Source of the DNA: a virus
Direction: 5' to 3' (one strand)
IMG/VR virus record: IMGVR_UViG_3300028585_000019
Span: 26,975-90,974 of that record
Length of the DNA: 64,000 nt
Under the pieces are notes generated by a model that made no database searches, was not told where the DNA came from, and worked only from the letters and a program-made list of their open reading frames with translations. The position numbers were made by a program, and so were the translations under genes. Positions 15,589 to 23,812 of the stretch are shown one piece after another (positions within the stretch are counted from its first letter, which is position 1; each line of letters begins with the position of its first letter).

Positions 15589-18500
15589 ATGCCTACAATT
15601 GCAGAATTACAGATTAAGGTCAACACAACTGACCTAGACAGGGCTAAGAAATCCCTTGATGATCTGGCTAAGTCTACAGCGAATTTAGATAAAGCCTCAG
15701 AAGCATCTTCTCGTACACGTACTAAAGCTAGTGAGCAAGTAAGTGATATTCTCGAAGATGAAGCTGCGATAATTGAACGTGTTGCTGCTGCTGAGAAGCA
15801 AAGGGCACAGTCTGCTGCTGCAAGCTCTGGCACGTTGGCTAGCAGCTACAAACAATCATCTCAAGCTGTAAATCAATTTGAAAGTGCAGTTGATAATGCT
15901 GCTGCATCACAAGGTAAGCTTCAAGCTTCCACTAAGACACGTATTTCTGATGTTGCCTCTGAGAGACAAGCTTATCGTCAGCTTATTGCATCTATTGATC
16001 CTACTACAGCAGCTCTTCAGAAATTAGAAGATCAACAAAGAGAGTTAAATGCTCTCCAAGCTCGTGGTAAAGCTGGTACAGGGATTGGCATTGATCCTGC
16101 TGAGTTTACCCGTCTCAACACAATGATTGAGGCTAGTCGTAAACGTATTGGTGATCTTGGTGCTACAACTGGTAAGACAGCAAAAGAAATTAACTTTGCA
16201 TTGCGTGGTCTTCCCGCGCAGTTCACTGACATTGCTGTATCTTTGCAAGGTGGACAAGCCCCTCTGACTGTATTCCTTCAACAAGGCGGTCAGATTAAGG
16301 ATATGTTCGGCGGTGTTGGCCCTGCTCTGCGTGCTATGGCAGGCTATGCATTTAGTCTCATCAACCCTTTCACTTTAGCTGCTGCTGCACTGGGCGCTCT
16401 TGCAGTTGGGTTTGTTGTTGGTAGCCGGGAAGCATCAGCCTACAACAAGGCTCTTATCACTACAGGAAATATTGCTGGTGTTACAGCAGACAGTTTATCT
16501 GAATCTGCCAGAGCTATTTCTGATATGGGCGGAACTCAAGGAGCTGCCGCTAAAGCTCTCATTGAAGTAGCCTCTGCTGGCCGATTCACTGCTACACAGA
16601 TTGACAGTATCGCTGAAGCCGCTGTTCGGATGAACTCTGTAACGGGTAAAGCAGTTAGTGACACAGTAGGTGAATTTGAAGCTCTGGCTAAAGAGCCAAG
16701 TAAAGCAATTCTTGATCTTAATAGTAAATATCACTTCCTAACATCTTCTGTCTTTGAACAAATTCAAGCATTGGAGAATCAGGGAAGAACACAAGATGCT
16801 GCAACCCTAGCTATTGAAACTTACTCTAACACTCTGCAATCTCGTACAACCGGTATCAAAGAAAATCTTAGTATTATTGAGACAGGTTGGAAAGCTATTA
16901 GTGGTGCTGCAAAGCTTGCCCTTGATGCTATCGTTGATGTTGGTCGTGAGCAGACGTTCGCAGATCAGCTCGCAGAAGCACAAGAGGCTGTCAGGGTTGC
17001 CGAAGGTGCTCGTAACGCTACATATCGTGGACGCCAAGGGCTTCTCCCTGAGCGTGAAAGAGAAGTAGAGATTGCTAGGCAGTATGTAGAAGAACTTAAA
17101 GATCAACAAGAAGGTGAGCGTTTAGTTGCAGAGCAACAAGCGTTTAAGCAACGAACCCAAGACCGTGCGGTAGCATCTGGTCAAAGGTTGAACTCTCAAT
17201 ATCAGGCAAGTTTGTCTACTACTGAGAAACTCAGGAAAGAACTTACTGATCTGAGTAAAGAGTATGACAATATTAAGGCAGCAGGATCCGTATCTGCTGA
17301 AACTGAGAAGCAATATCAAGATACTGTAGCTGCAACAACTAAACGTCTCAAGGAAGCTGAAGAGGCTGAGAAGAAACGTGGTGCAGCCCGTACAAAAACC
17401 CCCGTTGTCAGAGAAGATTCCGGTGCTCGCCTTCTTGCAACAATGAAACAACAAGAAGAGTCTTTGATTGCACAACGTGATGCAACAGATAGGATTACTT
17501 CCGAAGAACAAAAGCTGATTAAGCTTCGTGAACAATTTAGACAAATTGAACAGAAACAACTCACTGAAAAGCTCACCAAAGAACAAACAAGTCTTTTGGC
17601 TAACAAAGAAGCTTTGCTTGCTCAACAGCAAAAGAATGCTGAAGTACAGAAAGAGATTGTTGCTCAGAAAGAACTTGAGAAGCTTGCCACTGTCCGTGCT
17701 GCTCTTGACCAACAGATTGCTGTAGATCGTCAGAAGTATCAAGATGCTTTGATTGGGGCTACAAGCTCTGATAAAGAAGCAGAGCGACTGAGAGAACGTA
17801 ATCGTCTTGAACAAGATTACCAGCGTCAACTTCAAGAGTTTGGTAAGCAAAACCGAGAAGGAAGTCTCTCTGATGGTGGTTACCAAGAAGCTACTGCACA
17901 ACTTGCTGTAACTCTGGCAGAACGTCAACGTTTGATGGAAGACTATTACGCCAAGCAAGATCAGATGCAAGGCGACTGGGTAAATGGTGCTAAGAAGGCT
18001 TATGAGAATTGGGCTGAAGCAGGTCGAAATGTTGCTGGTATGACACAGAGCTTGTTTACTTCTGCTTTCAGCAGTATGGAAGACGCTCTCACAGGTTTTG
18101 TTACTACTGGTAAACTTAGCTTCAAAGACCTGACAGTAAGTATTCTTAAAGACCTTGCTGCCATGGCAACTAAGATTGCAGCTAACCAAATCCTTACAAG
18201 TATTATCGGCAGTTTTGCTGGTGGCTTTGGTGGAGCAGCATCTGCCGGAGCTAGTGCAGCCACTTCTGCTACGACAAATACAGGATCTGCATTTGCGGGT
18301 TATGCTGCTAAAGGTAAAGCCTTCTCTGGTGGTGTTGAATACTTCGCTAATGGTGGTGCTTTCACTAATTCCATCGTAAACCGTCCTACAGCCTTCGGTA
18401 CAGGAACTGGTATTGGTGTAATGGGTGAAGCTGGCCCTGAAGCTATTCTGCCACTAACTCGTACAAGTGATGGTCAACTAGGTGTTAAAGGTATGGGTGG

Positions 18501-18699
18501 TGGATCTACTGTTGTTGCTCCTGTAAGTGTCACTATTCAAACAGATGGTGGTATGGGGGGACAAGGCAACTCATCTTCTACCAACCAAGAAGGCCAAGGT
18601 AAGGCTGTACAGCAAGCTATTAAGTCTGAATGTGAACGTGCTATCTCCAACGGTCTTAAGCCTGGAGGTCAAATCTGGCGTCAAATGAATGGGCGATAG
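15589..18699 (+). CDS. tail tape measure protein (lambda-type)
   Basis: 1036 aa, helical; LPAQFTDIAVSLQGGQ and MGEAGPEAILPL motifs. Confidence 0.95.
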   Translation: MPTIAELQIKVNTTDLDRAKKSLDDLAKSTANLDKASEASSRTRTKASEQVSDILEDEAAIIERVAAAEKQRAQSAAASSGTLASSYKQSSQAVNQFESAVDNAAASQGKLQASTKTRISDVASERQAYRQLIASIDPTTAALQKLEDQQRELNALQARGKAGTGIGIDPAEFTRLNTMIEASRKRIGDLGATTGKTAKEINFALRGLPAQFTDIAVSLQGGQAPLTVFLQQGGQIKDMFGGVGPALRAMAGYAFSLINPFTLAAAALGALAVGFVVGSREASAYNKALITTGNIAGVTADSLSESARAISDMGGTQGAAAKALIEVASAGRFTATQIDSIAEAAVRMNSVTGKAVSDTVGEFEALAKEPSKAILDLNSKYHFLTSSVFEQIQALENQGRTQDAATLAIETYSNTLQSRTTGIKENLSIIETGWKAISGAAKLALDAIVDVGREQTFADQLAEAQEAVRVAEGARNATYRGRQGLLPEREREVEIARQYVEELKDQQEGERLVAEQQAFKQRTQDRAVASGQRLNSQYQASLSTTEKLRKELTDLSKEYDNIKAAGSVSAETEKQYQDTVAATTKRLKEAEEAEKKRGAARTKTPVVREDSGARLLATMKQQEESLIAQRDATDRITSEEQKLIKLREQFRQIEQKQLTEKLTKEQTSLLANKEALLAQQQKNAEVQKEIVAQKELEKLATVRAALDQQIAVDRQKYQDALIGATSSDKEAERLRERNRLEQDYQRQLQEFGKQNREGSLSDGGYQEATAQLAVTLAERQRLMEDYYAKQDQMQGDWVNGAKKAYENWAEAGRNVAGMTQSLFTSAFSSMEDALTGFVTTGKLSFKDLTVSILKDLAAMATKIAANQILTSIIGSFAGGFGGAASAGASAATSATTNTGSAFAGYAAKGKAFSGGVEYFANGGAFTNSIVNRPTAFGTGTGIGVMGEAGPEAILPLTRTSDGQLGVKGMGGGSTVVAPVSVTIQTDGGMGGQGNSSSTNQEGQGKAVQQAIKSECERAISNGLKPGGQIWRQMNGR

Positions 18700-18739
18700 A
18701 AATGTCGCCCCCTTAAAAGAATTAAATGAGGGATGATAA

Positions 18740-19078
18740 ATGGCTTTACAAGAATTTAAATTCCCTGTTCTAGCCAATGATTCCGGGGAGACCCGGTTTG
18801 TTGTAAGGAAAGCACAGTTTGGTGATAGTTATGCCCAAGTTAGCGGAGAAGGGCTACAATCTTCTGTAGATTCGTGGGCTGTCTCTTATGCAGGTCTTTG
18901 GGAAGATGTTTTAGAGGTTGAGAACTTCCTTAAAGAACATAAAGGATATATGAGTTTTGCGTGGCGTACACCTAAACGAGAACTTAAACTTTTCCGAGCT
19001 GAAACTTGGCAAGTGCTTCCTTACGCTAGAGACGTATTTCGTCTTACGACAACATTTGAAGAGGCTTTTGCTCCCTAG
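18740..19078 (+). CDS. minor tail protein M-like (distal tail)
   Basis: QFGDSYAQ, SFAWRTP and TFEEAFAP motifs. Confidence 0.88.
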   Translation: MALQEFKFPVLANDSGETRFVVRKAQFGDSYAQVSGEGLQSSVDSWAVSYAGLWEDVLEVENFLKEHKGYMSFAWRTPKRELKLFRAETWQVLPYARDVFRLTTTFEEAFAP

Positions 19079-19090
19079 AGGAAATAAATT

Positions 19091-20488
19091 ATGGCAATAC
19101 AAGATATTGATTTAGGAACAATTCCTCTAGACGGGACAGATGGTGATACAGCTAGGGAAGCGTTCGTTAAGGTGAATGAGAACTTTGATGAGATTGATAC
19201 TCGTGTAACTGCGCTTGAGAATGAGCCAGATCCGGGTACTGTTAAAAGTGTAAATGGTGTTTTACCTAATAATCAAGGTAACGTAACGCTTACCCCAGCT
19301 AATGTAGGGTCAGCCACAGCAGCTCAAGGGTTACTGGCTTCTAGCGCCGTTCAACCAAGTTCATTAGGTACCGCTGCATATCTTGATGCAAATGCTTTTG
19401 CCACAAACGAGCAAGGACAGGCAGCAACTACAGCGTTAGCTCTTGCGCAAAGCGCAGTTCAACCAGAAGATTTGGGATCGGCTGCATATCTAAGTAGCAG
19501 CAAGTTTGCATCAGCAGCTCAAGGCTTACTTGCTGATAGTGCTGTGCAGCCTGAAGACATACCTTCTATTCTCTCTCCATATGAAAGACTTCTTACTGCT
19601 GGGGATAACATTGCCATAGATAGGACAGATCCCTCCACCCCTATTATAAATTCTATTCCTATTAGAATTTATGAACAACAACCAGAAAATCCACCACTTT
19701 ATACCTTTTTCATGGTAGTCCCGCCACCAGATATTGATAAACCTGTTGTAAGCTCTTTTGTTATAGTTGGTAATACTCCACCACCGCTAGCAATCTCATC
19801 TTTCGATGCTACTGATAATGTTGGAGTAACTGGTTGGTGGCTTGGTGAAACAGCACAAACCCCAGCGCTTAGCGACCCTAAATGGTCAGTCACAAAACCT
19901 CCTATCTACAATACAGAGTCTGTAGGGAGCGTAGTTGTTTATGCCAGGGCTAGAGATGCTGCTGGAAACATCAGCGATGCAGCCAGTCAAACAGTAAATG
20001 TTTTGGCCAACCCTTATGTTGATGTTAGTTGGCCTTATGACTCGGCAAGGGATACTGGTTTATTCAGTGTTGCAGCGGGTAGTTTCACTACCAGGTCTAG
20101 CATTCCGTTTGTGAATACTATAACAAGAACAATAAAAAGTGTCAGCGTTCCTATGAGAAAACAAGTTGAGGCTTCTTATCCGGGTGTTGGTACAGTGCAA
20201 CTGCAAATACGCTCAGGTAGTAACACAGGCACTGTTTTGGCAACAGCAACAACAGCACAATTCACGTCTGCGACGGTTAGTGCAAAATTGTTTACTCTTC
20301 CAGCTAACTTAACTTTGCAAGCAGGTGTTACATATTTCTTCGTATTTAGTTTGATAAATTTATCAGGCGGAGATTCAGTTTATCGACTACTTACTGACCC
20401 AACTAAAGGTACAATTTGGTCGAACTATAATGAAACTACATGGACTAGCTACGCAGGTCAGAGTCCTTTGAGATTGGAACTAGCATGA
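19091..20488 (+). CDS. side tail fibre/adhesin-like protein
   Basis: N-terminal DGTDGDTAREAFVKVNENF attachment motif, VKSVNG, three A..QG..A.SAVQP repeats, Ig-like RDAAGN segment, beta-sandwich C-terminus. Confidence 0.7.
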   Translation: MAIQDIDLGTIPLDGTDGDTAREAFVKVNENFDEIDTRVTALENEPDPGTVKSVNGVLPNNQGNVTLTPANVGSATAAQGLLASSAVQPSSLGTAAYLDANAFATNEQGQAATTALALAQSAVQPEDLGSAAYLSSSKFASAAQGLLADSAVQPEDIPSILSPYERLLTAGDNIAIDRTDPSTPIINSIPIRIYEQQPENPPLYTFFMVVPPPDIDKPVVSSFVIVGNTPPPLAISSFDATDNVGVTGWWLGETAQTPALSDPKWSVTKPPIYNTESVGSVVVYARARDAAGNISDAASQTVNVLANPYVDVSWPYDSARDTGLFSVAAGSFTTRSSIPFVNTITRTIKSVSVPMRKQVEASYPGVGTVQLQIRSGSNTGTVLATATTAQFTSATVSAKLFTLPANLTLQAGVTYFFVFSLINLSGGDSVYRLLTDPTKGTIWSNYNETTWTSYAGQSPLRLELA

Positions 20489-21591
20489 TTAATATTCCAT
20501 ATGATGATGAGAGTATATACTATGCAGGTAGGTGGGATTTATCAAATTCCTCAGCAAGAAGTTACTGGCAGGGCAGCCAAATACGTTTCAGAGTAGAAGG
20601 AACAGGTCAGATAATTCTAGACCTATCCGTAACTGGAAGTAACTTTGTCGTTGTAAATATAGATTCTGGCCCAGCCGTTTTGTATACATTAAGTACAACT
20701 AGTAATCAAAGTTTAGTTATACCTCTGCCAAATGCATCCATGCACACAATTGTTCTTAAACTGTTCTCTGATCCGGTTACTCAGTTTTCTGGCACCAGCA
20801 CATGTGCCCTCAGGTCTATACAGTTGGATAATGAGGGAGCACTATCTCCATGGGGCAATCGGGGGTTGGTTGTGGTACAAGCTGTTGGAGATAGCTGGAT
20901 GGCTGCACAGAATGATTGGCCCTATTTACTGAATAACTCAGTATACAATATCCAGCCGATTGCATTTGGCGGCGCAAAAACATCAGACCTTAACTCCCAG
21001 TATAATAATTTCTCATCTTCCACGGTAGCAGTAGCTGATAAGCCAGCAAACCTCGTATTGGTCAGTACCGGGGTAAATGACACTTATGCTAACGTAAGTG
21101 TCAGTGATTATCAAACTGCAATGAGTGCTCTTGTTGATAAGATAAGAATTAGGCAGCCAAACGCCAGGATTGGTATTCTAGGGGCACCCCGGAATATTGC
21201 AGCCAACAGACTATACAATCAATACGATTCTGCAAATCAGGCGGTAGCTAATTCAAAGACTGGCGTGACCTTTACACCAACACCTAATAGTGTAGCTGAC
21301 AACCTATCATGGGATACTGATCAGGCCCACCTCACTTTCACAGGTCGCCAACAATACGCTGCTTGGGTAAAAACCCAAATTGATCCTATTATCGACTTTA
21401 GAAGTATCTCAGTAACAACAAGTCAAGGTTCAACACCCGTGCTGCTAGGCTTAGGCTCCCAGGAGGGTGACCTCAGTGTCAGGCTTAATGGGGGATTATA
21501 CAGAACAAAGCTGGAACCTGTATACACCCCGTACCCAGAACAAAAGGTTTTGGTTAAGTTATTAAATGGAATTTTCCAAATATCCGAATAG
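20485..21591 (+). CDS. SGNH/GDSL esterase with N-terminal beta domain (CE2-like)
   Basis: YYAGRW N-terminus; catalytic blocks VGDSW, GG, GVND and DQAH. Confidence 0.82.
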   Translation: MINIPYDDESIYYAGRWDLSNSSARSYWQGSQIRFRVEGTGQIILDLSVTGSNFVVVNIDSGPAVLYTLSTTSNQSLVIPLPNASMHTIVLKLFSDPVTQFSGTSTCALRSIQLDNEGALSPWGNRGLVVVQAVGDSWMAAQNDWPYLLNNSVYNIQPIAFGGAKTSDLNSQYNNFSSSTVAVADKPANLVLVSTGVNDTYANVSVSDYQTAMSALVDKIRIRQPNARIGILGAPRNIAANRLYNQYDSANQAVANSKTGVTFTPTPNSVADNLSWDTDQAHLTFTGRQQYAAWVKTQIDPIIDFRSISVTTSQGSTPVLLGLGSQEGDLSVRLNGGLYRTKLEPVYTPYPEQKVLVKLLNGIFQISE

Positions 21592-21608
21592 TTTTATTAG
21601 GAGTAACT

Positions 21609-22421
21609 ATGCTTCGTAATGATGTGCAAAAGTTAGAACCTGGAAGTTTAGTTACTCTTATTGAAGTTGATTGCACTTCTTTCGGAGGGGACATTCTTCG
21701 CTTCCATGGGCACAATATAGCATTTACTGAACAACAAATTCAAAATATCATGAGGCCTTTGTATGCAGGTTCATTAAGCTGGTACGCAGGAGAGACTGAT
21801 GTTGTTGTTGGTTCGGGGGTCGTTGGAGACCGCCAAGGGGTTGGTCTTCCAATTATCTGGCAAGGTAATCAGTACACTGCATACCCCTGTCAAGTAGAAG
21901 GTATTGAAGCTGATAGCTCTGGCCAGCCTACAGAGCCTAGTCTTTCGGTAAGTAATGTGGACGGAACTATCAGCTCCCTTTGTTTGTTCTTTGATGATCT
22001 GGTTCAGGCTAAAGTGTCCATCAGACAAACTCTGTCTCATTATCTGGATGCTGCTAACTTTGTTGGTGGTAATCCTGATGCTGATGCTACTCAAGAGTTT
22101 GTAGAAACATATTATATTGATTCTAAGATTCAGGAAGATAATGTGACTATTAGCTGGAAGCTTTCAAACCCAGCGGATCTCGGAGGACAAATTATTCCAG
22201 CGCGTTTGATTACAGCAAGCTGTGAATGGTGCCTGCGGGGTGAGTATAGAGGCCCCGATTGTAACTACCAAGGCCCGATGTATGATGTAAATGACAACCC
22301 AACGGATGATCCTTCTGAAGACGTTTGTGCAGGTGTTCTTAATAGTTGTAAAGTTAGGTTTGGCGAGGATAATGAACTATCCTTCGGGGCGTTTCCTTCT
22401 TCGAATCTAATTGGCCGTTAA
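21609..22421 (+). CDS. minor tail protein L-like
   Basis: LRFH, IIWQG and CEW...YRGPDCNY...C...C..RFG Cys pattern. Confidence 0.9.
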   Translation: MLRNDVQKLEPGSLVTLIEVDCTSFGGDILRFHGHNIAFTEQQIQNIMRPLYAGSLSWYAGETDVVVGSGVVGDRQGVGLPIIWQGNQYTAYPCQVEGIEADSSGQPTEPSLSVSNVDGTISSLCLFFDDLVQAKVSIRQTLSHYLDAANFVGGNPDADATQEFVETYYIDSKIQEDNVTISWKLSNPADLGGQIIPARLITASCEWCLRGEYRGPDCNYQGPMYDVNDNPTDDPSEDVCAGVLNSCKVRFGEDNELSFGAFPSSNLIGR

Positions 22422-22424
22422 ATA

Positions 22425-22454
22425 TTGACAACTATATTATTTATATGTTATAGT
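22425..22454 (+). promoter_or_regulatory. internal sigma70 promoter upstream of tail K
   Basis: TTGACA-18-TATAGT with TG extension. Confidence 0.6.
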
Positions 22455-22487
22455 TATCTTTTGAATATAGTAAGTTAGGAGATAACA

Positions 22488-23213
22488 TTGAACATCTTAA
22501 ATAAGACTCTGCAAAAGCAAATCTTTGCTCACGCTGAGAAAGAATACCCAAAAGAATGTTGTGGGTTGATCGTTAAAGCTACAAGTAAAAAGATTTATAT
22601 CCCTTGTATTAATACAGCAGATACAGAACATCAAGAAGACGAGTTTGTCATCTCCCCTGAAGCATACGCTGAAGCTGAAGATCAAGGAGAGATTCTTGCT
22701 GTTGTGCATAGTCACTGCGATCATACGACACAACCATCTGTAAGAGATAGTGCAGTATGCAGTCAGATGGAAATTCCTTGGATTATTGTATCTTATCCTG
22801 AGAAAGACTTAAGGGTTATTACACCACAGTATTACCCACTTGAGGGTAGACCGTTCTGCCACGGAACACGTCTAGATTGTGTTGGTTTGATTAAAGACTA
22901 CTACAAAGAAAATCTCAATATTCACATTAATCATTATGAGCACTCTAGGTGGTGGTGGGAGCAAGGAGAAGATCTTTACGGGCAATTGCATGAGCAAGAA
23001 GGGTTCTTCAAAGTAACAGACGGAACTCTCAAAGAACATGACGTGATTGTTATGAAGATTCGTGCTGATATTGAGAATCATGGTGGTATCTATGTAGGTA
23101 ACAGTATGATGCTTCATCACATGTTTGGGAAGCTGTCTAAGAAAGAAATTTATGGTGGGTATTGGGCTGAGAAGACAAGTTATATTCTTCGCCATAAGAG
23201 TGTAGGAGATTAG
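22488..23213 (+). CDS. tail assembly protein K-like (JAB + NlpC/P60)
   Basis: YPKECCG, VHSH, DC and H.GIY motifs. Confidence 0.9.
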   Translation: MNILNKTLQKQIFAHAEKEYPKECCGLIVKATSKKIYIPCINTADTEHQEDEFVISPEAYAEAEDQGEILAVVHSHCDHTTQPSVRDSAVCSQMEIPWIIVSYPEKDLRVITPQYYPLEGRPFCHGTRLDCVGLIKDYYKENLNIHINHYEHSRWWWEQGEDLYGQLHEQEGFFKVTDGTLKEHDVIVMKIRADIENHGGIYVGNSMMLHHMFGKLSKKEIYGGYWAEKTSYILRHKSVGD

Positions 23214-23215
23214 TT

Positions 23216-23788
23216 GTGATTAATAATACAATGCGTACTGTTAGGCTCTACAGTAAGATGGGTGCAAAGTTCGGCAGGGTACACAAGCTTGCTGTGAACA
23301 GTCCAGCAGAAGCAATTAAAGCTTTGTGTGTAACTATCCCTGGCTTTGAAAAGTACCTGATGGAGTCTAAGAAAAATAATCTTGAGTTTGCTGTATTCAA
23401 CGGCAAAGAAAATATCTCTGAAGATCTTCTTAAGATGGGCGGTACTAGAGATATCCGCATTGCTCCTATTGTCTCTGGTAGTAAACGCAATGGTCTGTTT
23501 CAGACAATCCTTGGGGCTGTATTAGTTGTCGTTGGTGTCGTATTTCCTCCAGCAGCATTCTTGGTAGCTCCCGGTCTTGCTTTGTTGGCTGGTGGTATTA
23601 TTCAAATGCTTAGCCCACAGGCGAAAGGGTTGAAGAGTAGGGAAGACCCTGACAACCGCCCATCGGCATCGTTCGGCGGTGCTGTGAATACGGTCGCACA
23701 AGGGAATCCCATAGCTATTTTAGGAGGAGCCCGTCAGATCGGCGGTGCGATCATCTCAGCATCTATTGTAGCAGAAGAATATGCATAA
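23216..23788 (+). CDS. tail assembly protein I-like
   Basis: AEAIKAL, IRIAPIVSGSK and FGGAVNTVAQG motifs. Confidence 0.9.
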   Translation: MINNTMRTVRLYSKMGAKFGRVHKLAVNSPAEAIKALCVTIPGFEKYLMESKKNNLEFAVFNGKENISEDLLKMGGTRDIRIAPIVSGSKRNGLFQTILGAVLVVVGVVFPPAAFLVAPGLALLAGGIIQMLSPQAKGLKSREDPDNRPSASFGGAVNTVAQGNPIAILGGARQIGGAIISASIVAEEYA

Positions 23789-23812
23789 TTGAAAAGAATT
23801 TAGGAGAAGGAA

